This document shows positions 50,930-63,394 of a stretch of DNA of 64,000 bases, in pieces. Position 1 is the first letter of the stretch, and each line of letters starts with the position of its first letter. The DNA lies in the NCBI RefSeq assembly GCF_006345805.1, contig NC_042999.1, positions 248,001 through 312,000 on the forward strand. The letters are read 5' to 3'. The DNA comes from Octopus sinensis. Lineage: Eukaryota. A program made the position numbers and the translations under genes. The notes below the pieces were generated by a model. The model worked only from the letters and a program-made list of their open reading frames with translations. It did not search any database and had not been told where the DNA came from.

Positions 50930-51353
50930 TATTTTACTTGTTTTCAGTCATTTGACTGTGGCCATGCTGGAGCACCGCCTTTGGTCGAGCAAATCGACCC
51001 CAGGACTTATTTTTTGTAAGCCTTAGTACTTATTCTATCGGTCGCTTTTGCCGAATCGCTAGATTACGGTCACGTAAACACACCAGCATCGGTTGTCAAG
51101 TGATGTGTGTGGGTGTGTGGGGGGCAAACACAGACACACAAACATATATACACACACGCACACACACACATACATATATATACATATATACGACGGGCTT
51201 CTTTCAGTTTCCGTATACCAAATCCACTCACAAGGCTTTGGTCGACCCGAGGCTATAGTAGAAGACACTTGCCCAAGGTGCCACGCAGTGGGACTGAACC
51301 CGGAACTATGTGGTTCGTAAACAAGCTACTTACCACACAGCCACTCCTACGCC
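50930..51353 (-). mobile_element. SINE family A
   Basis: Family match. Confidence 0.92.
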
Positions 51354-51577
51354 CATTAAAAAATTAATTCAATCCATAAATAGGACCCTGACAAATACTA
51401 CCGACGAATACTACCAGCTTAGTTGCCAACCCAATATAACAAGAGAGGGGGATAATAGGAAGTATAAGAGAATGTAAAAGACGTGAATTAATTTTGCATT
51501 GAGGATACTTGAATAATATTAAATATCGGTTCAATTTACTATAAAAATTGAACCAGAAAAGTTTGTGAGTTGACATA

Positions 51578-52490
51578 CAGGGTGCGATGAGTAAATTGTC
51601 ACCATTTATATTTTTAATTTTGCGCATACGCATTGTTTGTTTTTGATTTTGTCGACTACGCAGTATAGCAAGGTTTGTTGAGCATCGTCTGTGAGAAAAA
51701 CAGCGCCATGATGCAATTCACTTTGCCAGATATTTGGAAACGACATGTTGACCTGCTTGACATTCGTGTCAGAAGTGATAAAAATCGCGCCGGAAGTGAT
51801 AAAATCACGGCGGAAGTGATAAAATTCGTGCTGGAAGTGATAAAATCGCACCGGAAGTGATGAAAATCACACCTAGATTGATAAAACACAAACGTCCAGT
51901 CAACATCATGGTGTTTCTAGTGATCACCAGTGATGGCGACGTAACGCTTACATTCATCTTCACACATGGCCTCACACTCAACACGGAGACCCACATCAAG
52001 TGCCCGGAGGAGGTAGTTCTACCCAGGGTGAAGAGGGAGTATGTTGGAAGACCTTATGTCTGGCAACAGGACTTTGCACTTTGCCACACAAACAGGAAAA
52101 CTCAGTCATGACTGTCAGACAATTTCTGCGACCACATCACTCCTAACATCTGGCCACCTAACTCTCCAGACTGTAACTCCCTTGATTATTATGTGTGTGG
52201 CGCAGTTGAGCGAGAGATCATCAAAATTTCTTGTAACACCAGATGAACTGAAGGCAAGGATTATGGCAGCATTCAGCAACTTAAACAAGGAGACTGTCCA
52301 GAAGAGTTGCAGATGATTCCGAAGTTGTCTGAAGGCCGTGGTTGATGCCAATGGCGATTTTATTGAATAAATTTACTCTAGTATTTCAAGATATTTTTAT
52401 GTAATTTTGGTAAATATATCTGTTAAAATGAGATGTTAGTTTTATCTTCAATTTGTGTAATTTAGACGACCGATTATTTATTGCACCCTG
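51578..52490 (+). mobile_element. Internally deleted DD37D (maT) transposon with TIRs and TA TSD
   Basis: TA-cagggtgc ... gcaccctg-TA; 37 codons counted between the D of WQQD and the D of NSLDY; WPPNSPD motif; in-frame stop. Confidence 0.93.
51765..51873. repeat. About 20-bp minisatellite, 5 copies (cggaagtgataaaatcgc), at the deletion junction
   Basis: Seen directly. Confidence 0.92.
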
Positions 52491-52494
52491 TATA

Positions 52495-52635
52495 TCACAA
52501 AGACAAAAATTTATGAAGTATGTGGCCGATTCTTGTTAGATCTGTCTTTTGTATTTCATAGACGCTAAGTTTACCGAATATGCTTTCTAAAAACTTTTGA
52601 ACTTCTTTCTTTATGATACCTAAGAGGGTTGCTGA
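52495..52635 (-). mobile_element. R4/Dong-like ORF extreme C-terminus
   Basis: LGIIKKEVQKFLESIFGKLSVYEIQKTDLTRIGHILHKFLSL*. Confidence 0.65.
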
Positions 52636-52730
52636 GAAATTCCTGGCCTTAAAAGGTATTGCGAAAAGCCTGGTTGAAAGACAAAACTTCCGACTTCTTT
52701 TACGACAACAACAACAACAGCAACAGCAAC

Positions 52731-53075
52731 GTGGAGGCGCAATGGCCCAGGGGTTACGGCAGCGGACTCGCGGTTTCGATTCCCGCACCGGGCGTTGTGT
52801 GTGTTTATTGAGCGAAAACACCTAAAGCTCCACGAGGCTCCCGCAGGGGGTGGTGGCGACCCCTGTTGTACTCTTTCGCTCCAACTTTCTCTCACTCTTT
52901 CTTCCTGTTTCTCGTCCCCGACTTCCTACGCAACCGCTGAGCCTGGATGCACATTCATCCATCCGTCGATGCTCTCGGTGTCGGGGGTTGACCTGCTTTC
53001 TCTTCTGCAGGTCTTACGAATAGCAAAGGACCACGTTTCGCACTCCTCCCACTGGACGAAGACCACTACACTCAA
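52731..53075 (+). mobile_element. SINE with family-C-type head and a distinct structured body, copy 1
   Basis: tggaggcgcaatggcc..ggtttcgattccc head; (CAA/CAG)n flanks. Confidence 0.8.
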
Positions 53076-53087
53076 CAGCAACAGCAG

Positions 53088-53468
53088 TGGAGGCGCAATG
53101 GCCAAATGGTTAGGGCAGCAGACTCGCGGTCGGTGGATCGCGGTTTCGATTCCCAAACCGGGCGTTGTGTGTGTTTATTGAACAGAAACACCTAAAGCTC
53201 CACGTGGCTCCAGCAGGGGGGGGCGACCCCTGTTATACTCTTTCGCTCCAACTTTCTCTCACTCTTCCTTCCTGTTTCTCGTCCCCGACTTCCTACGCAA
53301 CCGCTGAGCTTGGATTCGCATTAATCCATCCGTCGATGCTCTCGGTGTCGGGGGTTGACCTGCTTTCTCTTCTGCGGGTCTTACGAATAGCAAAGGACCA
53401 CGTTTCGGACTTCTCCCACTACAGACGGAACGAAGACCGCTTCGCCCGACAGCAACACCAGCAACAAT
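53088..53468 (+). mobile_element. Same SINE, tandem copy 2
   Basis: Closely similar to copy 1. Confidence 0.8.
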
Positions 53469-53699
53469 GATGTTAACAATAAATTAAAGCCGAAAGCTAG
53501 GTTTCGTTTCGCGTATCATAACGCAGGTCAATCACTTTGAATTTCTGAATGTAAAACACTTCTTGGATTGCATTAATTCAATTTGTGTTTGTAGACAGAT
53601 TTTCTAATTCCTAACGTGAAAAAGTTTAAAATAAAAATAGAAGGAAAATACTCGATGAACCTCGTACATGCAAAATCAATATTCTTCTCAATCCAGTAC

Positions 53700-54179
53700 A
53701 CCACACACACACACACCACACACACACACACACCACACACACACACACGCACGTACACACACGCACACACACACACACACATACACGAGTGTGTTACATG
53801 CTCATATGCATACATATTATGTGTATGTAATTACACACACTCACACACTAACACACACACGCAGGCACACACACACATACATATACATCAGTGTGTTACA
53901 TACATATACGCATACAATTATGCATATGTATTTGCACACACTCACACACACACATGTCTGTATCCACAAACACGTGCGTGTTACATGCTCATATGCATAA
54001 AATTATGTGTATTCAATTACACACACTATAGAGCTATCATACACACTCACACACAAACATACACTCACACACACACACGCACACTCGAATGCACACACAT
54101 ATACAAATACATCAGTGTGTTACATACCTATACGCATATAATTCTGCGTATGTATTTGCACACAATACAGAGGCATCAT

Positions 54180-54223
<44 letters not shown>

Positions 54224-55097
54224 ACACACACACCCACACTCTAACGCACATGTCTATATACATATACACGTGTGTGTTACATGCTCATATGCATACAATT
54301 ATGTATATATAATTACACACACTATAGAGCTTTCATACACACACACAGGCACACACACACACACACACACACACAAACTCAAACGCACATGTCTATATAC
54401 ATACACACGTGTGTGTTACATGCTCATATGCATACAATTATGTTTATATAATTACACACACTATAGAGCTATCATACACGCACATACACACTCACACACA
54501 CACAAGTCTATATACATATACACGTGTGTGTTACATGCTCATATGCATACAATTATGTTTATATAATTACACACACTATAGAGCTTTCATACACACACAT
54601 ACACACTCACACACACATGTCTATATACATATACACGTGTGTGTTACATGCTCATATGCATACAATTATGTATATATAATTACACACACTATAGAGCTAT
54701 CATACACGCACATACACACTCACACACACTCACACACACACAAGTCTATATACATATACACGTGTGTGTTACATGCTCATATGCATACAATTATGTATAT
54801 ATAATTACACACACTATAGAGCTATCATACACGCACATACACACTCACACACACTCACACACACACAAGTCTATATACATATACACGTGTGTGTTACATG
54901 CTCATATGCATACAATTATGTATATATAATTACACACACTATAGAGCTTTCATACACACACATACACACTCACACACACACACACACATGTCTATATACA
55001 TATACACGTGTGTGTTACATGCTCATATGCATACAATTATGTTTATATAATTACACACACTATAGAGCTATCATACACACACACACACACACGCATA
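53700..55097. repeat. CA-rich minisatellite, about 110-130 bp unit, about 10 copies
   Basis: Recurrent cacgtgtgtgttacatgctcatatgcatacaattatgt..ctatagagct. Confidence 0.95.
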
Positions 55098-55961
55098 AAC
55101 AAACCATTCTCTGATGTTATAGTTTGGGGAGTAATCCGTCCATTTCCTGTAGGAATTAGATCATCTTTGCTATAATATTCCCCATCACGCGATGTTGCTA
55201 TAATTTCGGAAGGAAACATCATCTCTCGTCTCGAGGCGAACTTCTTTGATTAGATATCTACTTTGTTGTTAGCCATTTAGTTATTTGGCCAGTGGAGATA
55301 GAGAAATCAAGAATTTAAAAGGAATGCCAAAGCAAGACTTTCGTAAACTGACAAGCAAACTATCATCTGAAATAAAAATAATCCGTTGGATGGAGAAAGT
55401 TGATTGTTATTATGTGTAAGATATCGAAAAATTGCCAGTTGTCTGGTTGTGGAATTATAAACCCAAACACTCTGATGTAATCCGCCTTTTACACAGGAAA
55501 ATATTTCGTACGAATGAATTGATACGTGTAAGAAGGTGAATGCATATCTACCATACACATACACACAACATACACAACACACACTTATACAGATAAACAG
55601 AGAAGCACTCGCCGATAGTTACACACGGACAGACTAGTGCACAAGTGTGTAAATATTTACCTATCTTCCATTCATTCTTAGTAGATGTTTCTCTTCTCTT
55701 TGCTTCTATTTAGTGATCTTCTATTTTCCGTCTCTACTTCGTCATCAGAAATTCCTCATATTCTTTTCTTTATCTTTCTCCATTTATATATTTTTGCTTA
55801 TATCTGCCTGTCCATCGATCACTTTCTACGTTTATGTGCATACATGTTATGGAAGCTTGTACACACAAATACGCACATATATACGAATATAAACACACAC
55901 ATAAACACACACACATATCCATACATTTATATATATATATATATATTATATATATATATAT

Positions 55962-56156
55962 AGGCGTAGGCGTGGCTGTGTGGTAAGAAGCTTGCTTCCA
56001 AACGTCGTGGTTTCGGGTTTAACCCCACTGCGTAGAATCTTGGGCAAGTATCTTCTACTATAGCCTCCAGCCGACCATAACCTTGTGAGTGGATTTGGTA
56101 GACGGAAACTGAAAGAAGCCCACTGTATTATATATATACATACATATATGTGCGTG

Positions 56157-56194
<38 letters not shown>

Positions 56195-56411
56195 ATATAT
56201 ATGTATATAATGTTTCTGTTTTTGTTCACCCAACATCACTTGACGAACGTTATTGGTGTGCTTACATCTCCAAAACATAGCAGTTCGGCAAAAGACCGAT
56301 AGAATTAGTACTAAGCTTACAAAGAATAAGTCCTATTGTCGATTTCTTCGACTAAAGCTGGTGCTCCAGCATGGCTGCAGTCAAATGACAGAAACAAATA
56401 AAAGAATAAAA
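55962..56411 (+). mobile_element. SINE family A
   Basis: Family match. Confidence 0.88.
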
Positions 56412-56423
56412 GAATATATACAT

Positions 56424-56788
56424 AGGCGCAGGAGTGGCTGTGTGGTAAGTAGCTTGCTAACCAACCACACGGTTGCGGGTTCAGTCCCACTGCGTGGCAT
56501 CTTGGGTAAGTGTCTTCTGCTATAGCCCCGGGCCGACCAATGCCTTGTGAGTGGATTTGGTAGACGGAAACTGAAAGAAGCCTGTCGTATATATGTATAT
56601 ATATGTATATGTGTGTGTGTCTGTCCCCCTAGCATTGCTTGACAACCAATGCTGGTGTGTTTACGTCCCCGTCACTTAGCGGTTCGGCAAAAAGAGACCG
56701 ATAGAATAAGTACAAAAAGGCGGTGCTCCAGCATGGCCGCAGTCAAATGACTGAAACAAGTAAAAGAGTAAAAGAGAGTAAAAGAGTA
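56424..56788 (+). mobile_element. SINE family A with a small internal deletion
   Basis: Family match. Confidence 0.9.
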
Positions 56789-56869
56789 ATATGTGTGTGT
56801 ATGTGTGTGTGTATATATATATGCATATACGCACAGAGTCATATAGAAATACGATAATCTTTCCGTCTA

Positions 56870-57271
56870 CATTTATTTCTTTATTACCCAAAAGGGGCTA
56901 CACACAGAGGGGACAGACAAGGGGATTAAGCCAATTACATCGCCCCCAGTGCGTAACTGGTAGTTATTTAATCGACAAAGAAAGGGTTAAAGGCAAAGTC
57001 ACCTTCGGCGGAATTTGAACTCAGAACGTAACCGGCCGACGAAATACCTATTTCTTTATTACCCACAAGGGGGAAAAGATACAGGGGACAAACAAAGACA
57101 GACATGGGCATTAAGTCGATTACATCGACACCAGTGCGTAACTGGTACTTAATTTATCGACCCCGAAAGGATGAAATGCAAAGTCGACCTCGGCGGAATT
57201 TGAACTCACAACGATGCGACAGACGAAAAACCGCTAAGCATTTCGCCCGCCGTGCTAACGTTTCTGCCAGA
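56870..57271 (-). mobile_element. SINE family B compound (2 bodies)
   Basis: Junction gacgaaatacc|tatttcttt. Confidence 0.88.
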
Positions 57272-57294
57272 TTCAGACTACATTGAATATCTCC

Positions 57295-57419
57295 AATGAT
57301 TTCGATCCCTTTTGATTGTTGTTCTTTTTATTCGTTTTTTCGCCACCCCACTCGAATAGAAAAACTCCACATTATAATTGTCCCCTCTGTGTCTAGCCCT
57401 GTGTGGCCAATAAAGAAAG
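57295..57419 (+). mobile_element. Tx1/L1-like 3'UTR end
   Basis: gatccctttt..tgtcccctctgtgtctagccctgtgtggccaataaagaaa resembles 17495-17666. Confidence 0.68.
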
Positions 57420-58296
57420 TTATCTATATATACATTCATACATACATACTTCTATATACACATATATATGTATGTATGTATATATATATCTGTGTGTATG
57501 AGTATATATATATATAAATGTATATACATTTGTACAGGTATGTGTACATGTATGCATGTATAGATGCACACGCACAAGTTTCATCAGTAACGTTTTTATT
57601 GATAAATACCAATGGAAGGTTGCCATGCACGCAATTTTCACCTGAACCTTCACCTATTTGACACTTATTCACAACGTAATAACACCAAGCTCATTCTACT
57701 CTCCTTTCACCTGTTGCGTTCAGTTGATGTCTCGATACTTGTGGCCGTCTCTAAGTTCATGTTTCTCTCACAGAGTAGTTAAAGAGGTCTGGAACGGCTC
57801 ATTAATTTGGTACGAGAGAATTAGAAGCTGACAATTTAGAACGGTTGACAGGATGTTCAACCTGTTTTGATGGCAATAGTATTTCATACCGGACGGAAAC
57901 ACGTGCATGTATAAATATCCATGTACAGCTGGAAAAAGTGAGGAAGTGAGAGAGAGAGAAAGAGGGGCGAAGCTAGAAAGACAGTGAGACATTACAATTT
58001 ATTAACTGAATACGACTGAGAAACACTTCCCTACTGCTCATCCACACAAGGAAATATTCTCGAATATCTAAATCCAGAGGGGTAAAGAGAAGAGATGAAG
58101 GGAATGAGAGAAACAGTAAAAGATTTGGTGTCAACTAAACCTGCGTCTAGTCAGTGATCACAAATAAGAGGTTCCAAAACAGCAACGCCAAAGCGTCTCA
58201 TGCCATCCTTGACTGCATTTCTTTCGTTATATTTATGACGATAGCCATTCGCAATTAATACATTCATACACATGTATATGTATGTGTGTGTATATG

Positions 58297-58480
58297 ACCG
58301 CGTTTGTATCATTGGGGATTTTTTTTTCTCCGTCTTCCCTTTTTGTATGTTTCTGACGAAGAGCTCCGCTCGAAACGTTAAGTCCTTTATTTCCTTTCCT
58401 GAGCGTCCAATAACACTGTACTTGTTCCACGTCCTCGCGTTGTTGTGCTTTCTCTTTGTGTTTTCATGTTTGGATTAACC
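58297..58480 (+). ncRNA. About 185-bp module with an intact canonical minimal hammerhead (58349-58383)
   Basis: gttt-CTGACGA-a-gagc/gctc-GAAA-cg-TT-aagt; homologue at 60357-60548. Confidence 0.8.
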
Positions 58481-58483
58481 ATA

Positions 58484-58531
<48 letters not shown>

Positions 58532-58859
58532 TATATATATGTATGTATGTATGTATATATATACATGTGTGTTTGTGTGTACATATATATATATATATAT
58601 ATTTGTGCATATGTATGGAGTGTAGACTCATCGTTCGCTGATTGCCAACGTCTCCCCACATATACAGATTAACAACCAACTCATATTGAACTAGGCTTCA
58701 CTCTCATCCGTTAAGAAAACCCTCTCACATACAGTCATAAATCAACACACACACTCACGTACACACACACACACACACACACGCACACATACACACGCAT
58801 ACATACACACGCACTTTTATATGCTTTTTGTTTAAATTATATACTTTTAAGTACTGTTT

Positions 58860-59070
58860 TCAATTTAGTCACAAGTCAAGTATTCGGAGGGAAGATTGTT
58901 AATCGATATCGCCAACCTCAGAACTTTATTGGTATCTATTTTATTGGCACAGGAAGAAGGACGAAAGGTACATAATTTAACCGCGGTGGGTTTTGAACGG
59001 GATCAGAACGTAAAGAGCTGGAACAAATATTACAAAACATTTTTACCGACACTTAACGATTCTGCCAGCG
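58860..59070 (-). mobile_element. Strongly diverged SINE B-like element
   Basis: ggtatctattttatt..gaaaggtaca..tttgaac..cagaacgta..aacgattctgccagc. Confidence 0.55.
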
Positions 59071-59097
59071 TTGTATGCATCCATAAAAAAATAATAA

Positions 59098-59351
59098 GTA
59101 AATGCGCCCTTTTAAAGCCTAGCCAGATTCATGGGCCCGGTTTCCCGGGTTCAATGGCGTATGTGTTCTCCAGCTGGACGGGACGCCAGTCCATCGCAGC
59201 GTTACTCATTTTTGCCAGCTGAGTGGATTGGAGCTACGTGGAATGAAGTGTTTTGCTCAAGAACACAACGCGTCGCTCTGGTCCAGGAATCGAAACCACA
59301 GTCTTACGATCATGATGCTGACACCCTAACCACTAAGCCACGCGCCTCCAC
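59098..59351 (-). mobile_element. SINE family C
   Basis: Reverse complement tggaggcgcgtggcttagtggttagggtg..ggtttcgattcctgg. Confidence 0.88.
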
Positions 59352-60125
59352 GTGCATCCATATACAAAGTCATTTTTCATTGGTTATATTTTGAAACGCT
59401 GAAACTTCGTCGGACATGCTTTTTTTAATTTTTACAACTTTCCTCGCCAATCTTCTACTGGCTTTCTCTGTTTCCTTCTCTCCGTCTCTCTCTTATTAAA
59501 TAATTAAAAATAATTGAAAACGATATCTTTTAATACATTCAATATTTAACATTTATCTTTCCTGTAATCACAGTCAGACGGTTTCAAAAATTGCATTTCC
59601 CATCATTGAGATGGCGTTCAAAGAAATAAACGAAAAATATTTTAAAGTGTTTATGAAAGAACATCTGAAACGATTGATGGATTTCTTCCTTTTCCTTGCT
59701 AGATAAAAGTTTCCAAATAAGCATTTGGAGACGTTTAAAGAATTCTGATAAAGTTCTTGGTGCATTTGACAGGAAGCTAATTTTGCAAACAGCTGTACAT
59801 TTTCCGCCACGTTTTCCTCATTCGAAGGCAGACCGTCTTATCGTTCAGTTTTCTTCGTATTTTAATTTTACTTTTTCACATTTTCGAGATAAATGCTAAA
59901 TATTAAATAACGTGAAAAATAAAATACCGTCTTCAATTTTATCAAATTTATGTTATACGAAAGAGGAAGATCAATATAGACCATTTGCAACACGAATATG
60001 AAAAAAAAAACACAAACATACAAACAACCAATCAATCAAGAAGGAATGATTTTTAAATGGTGTTGAGTGATGCTTGTGGTGTTTGCAAACAGCACAAAAC
60101 AGAATTTTGTTTTATGTATAGATAT

Positions 60126-60293
60126 AGGCGTAGGAGTGGCTGTGTGGTAAGTAGCTAGCTTACCAGCCACATAGTTCCGGGTTCAGTCCCACTGCGTGGC
60201 ACCTTGGGGTAGTGTCTTCTACTATAGCCTCGGAGTGGATTTGGTAGACGGAAACTGAAAGAAGCCCGTCGTATATATATATGTATATATATA

Positions 60294-60356
<63 letters not shown>

Positions 60357-60792
60357 GTTAATTCAAACATGAAAACACAAAGAGAAAACACAACAACGCG
60401 AAGACGTGGAACAAGTATAGTGTTATTGAATGCTCACGAAAGGAATGAAAGAAGGAGGATTTAACGTTTTGAGCGGTGCTTTTCATCAGAAACATAGAAA
60501 AAGGAAGGGAGGACGGAGGAAAAAAATCGCCAACGATACACACGCGGTCCCCCCGCCCCACATATATATGTATGTATGTGTGTCTATGTTTTGTTTGTCC
60601 CCCCAACATCGCTTGACAACCGATGCTGGTGTGTTTACGTCCCCGTCACTTATCGGTTCGGCGAAAGTGACTGATAGAATAAGTACTAGGCTTAGAAATA
60701 ATAAATTCTGGGGTCGACTTGCTCGACTAAAGCCAGTGCTTCAGCATGGCCGCAGTGAAATGACTGAAACAAATGAAAGAGTAAAAGAGTAA
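60126..60792 (+). mobile_element. SINE family A with a hammerhead module inserted in its internal microsatellite
   Basis: Head 60126-60272 and tail 60575-60792 are separated by (TA)n plus the insert. Confidence 0.9.
60357..60548 (-). ncRNA. Second copy of the canonical hammerhead module (G12A, probably inactive)
   Basis: gttt-CTGATGA-aaagc/gctc-AAAA-cg-TT-aaat on the minus strand at 60458-60493. Confidence 0.75.
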
Positions 60793-61319
60793 AAGGATGT
60801 GTGTGCTGTAATGGAAGGAGTGTGGCGTTTAAGGAATGTCATTTTGACTAACATGTAGAGCTATCGAACTACACCATTCGCGAGAGAATTTATATGAAAT
60901 CCGAGTGATATTTCTCTTTCTTTAAACATGGTAAATGTGATTGCTAAATTTCTGAGATCACGGTCAAAGTAATTCAAGAGAAATAGACGCGTAGGAAGCC
61001 AGAAACACTATAGTGACCTTCCCACGCAGGCAGCTGTTTCAGCTGAATATATTTCTGTTTTTACGACATATTTCTGTTCCTCATTCTGTGTGTGGGTGTA
61101 TGTGTGTCTACATGTAAATATATATATAACGGAGGGCAATAAATGTGCATAAATACGCATACATATACACGCACACACACAAACACGCACATACATACAT
61201 ACATACATACATACATACATTCATACACATCTACATGTACAAATAAATATAGAAATACAAGCATATTCGCATAGGTGCACACACATTTACACTGAAGCAC
61301 ACACATACAAATCTCTAAA

Positions 61320-61321
61320 TC

Positions 61322-61367
<46 letters not shown>

Positions 61368-61369
61368 AG

Positions 61370-61415
<46 letters not shown>

Positions 61416-61417
61416 AG

Positions 61418-61483
<66 letters not shown>

Positions 61484-61592
61484 CATCCGTCTGTCTGTCT
61501 GTATGTCTGTCTGTCTGCCTGCCTGTCTGTCTGTCTGTCTGTCTGTCTGTCGGCATGTCTGTTTATCTCAATATATCTATGTATCAGTCTAT

Positions 61593-61678
<86 letters not shown>

Positions 61679-61708
61679 TCTGTGTGTGTGTATGTGTGTG
61701 TGTGTATG
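61320..61708. repeat. (ATCT)n/(GTCT)n/(CT)n/(TA)n/(TG)n microsatellites
   Basis: Seen directly. Confidence 0.95.
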
Positions 61709-61879
61709 AAGATTACGTGGGGTGTAGTCCACTGGTGATCTAAACGAATATGTACGCCGTGTGAGTGCTTTAAGTGGTCTTCATTTAAGTTCCAAGTTCA
61801 CAGCTGAGACTGGAGCTAGGGATCCGATAAGGCTTCCGAATTAGCAGGTACATATTTGGGGGGAAAGGAATATATACAT

Positions 61880-62197
61880 GCACTGAAACCCCCTTCGGTC
61901 ACGACACTGACTATGGGATTGCACCTAGAAAGTTACCCTCCGAGGCACAAGTCCGGGCATGGTTGTTTATGGAAGACCAGCAGTTGCCCATGCATACCGG
62001 CCTCCCCTCTCCGTGCCACCAGTGTCATCCAATGGAAAGGCAAAAGCACCTCTGACTCATTCGTACAGCTGAGTAAACTGGAGCAACGTGAAATAAAGTG
62101 TCTGGTTCAAGAACACAACACGCAACCCGGTCCGGGATTCGAGCTCACAACCTCACGATCGTAAGCCCGACGCTCTAATCACTGAGCCATGCGGCCC
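61880..62197 (-). mobile_element. SINE with family-C-type head and a third tail type
   Basis: Head ggccgcatggctcagtgattagagcg..gagctcgaatcccgg; core gtgttcttgaaccagacacttt. Confidence 0.8.
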
Positions 62198-62894
62198 CCA
62201 CACACACACACTGCGAAAAACCGTTTACCAGGAATGATAGTATGCACACACGCGCACATACATATAACTGACTAGCTAGCTTACTACATAGTTGTCTAGC
62301 TGTCTGTCACTCAGTCTGACCGATTTTCTGCGTGTCTGTCCCTGTGTGTGTTGGTCTGTCTGTCTGTTTGTATGCATATATGTGTGTCTCTATAAGTATG
62401 TATGTGTATGTGTGTGTGTGTATGTGTGTGTGCGTGTGTGTGCGTTTGCGCGAGTATACTGTCATCTCTGGTAATCAGTACATCACGGGCGCTGGAAAAT
62501 CAGCATTAAAAAGATGCAGTGTTTCTGAACTATATATTTTTTAAACTATGGGTTCCTTTGATTCCAATTTTACTCAGATCGACCTGCATGGACATTCCAT
62601 GCTTCAGAAATTCCTAGTATACTTTTATAATCAAATATTAGAAATTGTAGACGAATAATTATTAAAATATTTTATGTATTGTAGAATTAAAATCAATTTA
62701 TCGAAAATATATTTTGACAACACAATCTTAAATGGGGCCCCCAGGGTTATAGGGACTCCGGTTGAGAACCACTGGCATAAAATATAAAATCACTAAAATA
62801 CGCAAGAACTATGATTCACAATGTTTATTGCATAGCAGTTGCGCTCCCTCTGTATTTGTTACTCAGACTTTCCATCACTTATGACTGTTCAGGC

Positions 62895-62896
62895 AT

Positions 62897-62928
<32 letters not shown>

Positions 62929-62966
62929 ATATATGTATATATATATATATGTACATATATATATAT

Positions 62967-62997
<31 letters not shown>

Positions 62998-63005
62998 CTA
63001 TATAT

Positions 63006-63059
<54 letters not shown>

Positions 63060-63073
63060 TATATACATATATA

Positions 63074-63158
<85 letters not shown>

Positions 63159-63190
63159 CATATGTACATACATATATATGTATGTATATA
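62895..63190. repeat. (TA)n microsatellite
   Basis: Seen directly. Confidence 0.97.
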
Positions 63191-63270
63191 GGGAACAGAA
63201 GAAAGAAGAAGAAAGAAGACAGCACTCAACACCAGAGCTGAAGACACCTCCGAAAGTGTGGGGGGGGGGC

Positions 63271-63394
63271 GCCACGTCAAAACGGTAGAGGAGTAGGGGC
63301 CGAAACCGGACGTGGTTCCTCCTGATGATGTCTTGAGCTAACTGGATCCTATAAAGGAGCTGTTGTGGTAGCAGACCACGAAACACGGTTGAAA
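63271..63394 (+). ncRNA. Two adjacent degenerate hammerhead-like folds
   Basis: gccac-gtcaaaa-..ggt/gcc-GAAA-ccgg-aC-gtggt, then CTGATGA-long stem II-GAAA-cacgg-TT. Confidence 0.4.

Noticed and set aside
50396-51873. Short 5-copy repeats as CRISPR arrays
   Set aside because: They are head-to-tail with no unique spacers, no cas genes are present, and the context is eukaryotic
53616-54566. Longest ORF (316 aa, His/Thr-rich)
   Set aside because: It lies within the CA-rich minisatellite
59270-59351. tRNA genes at SINE heads
   Set aside because: A and B boxes are present but they run into SINE cores, with no complete cloverleaf or terminator
61925-61975. Twister-like cccgg..cggaggg on the minus strand
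   Set aside because: The loop lacks the sequence needed to pair with AGGG, so no pseudoknot forms
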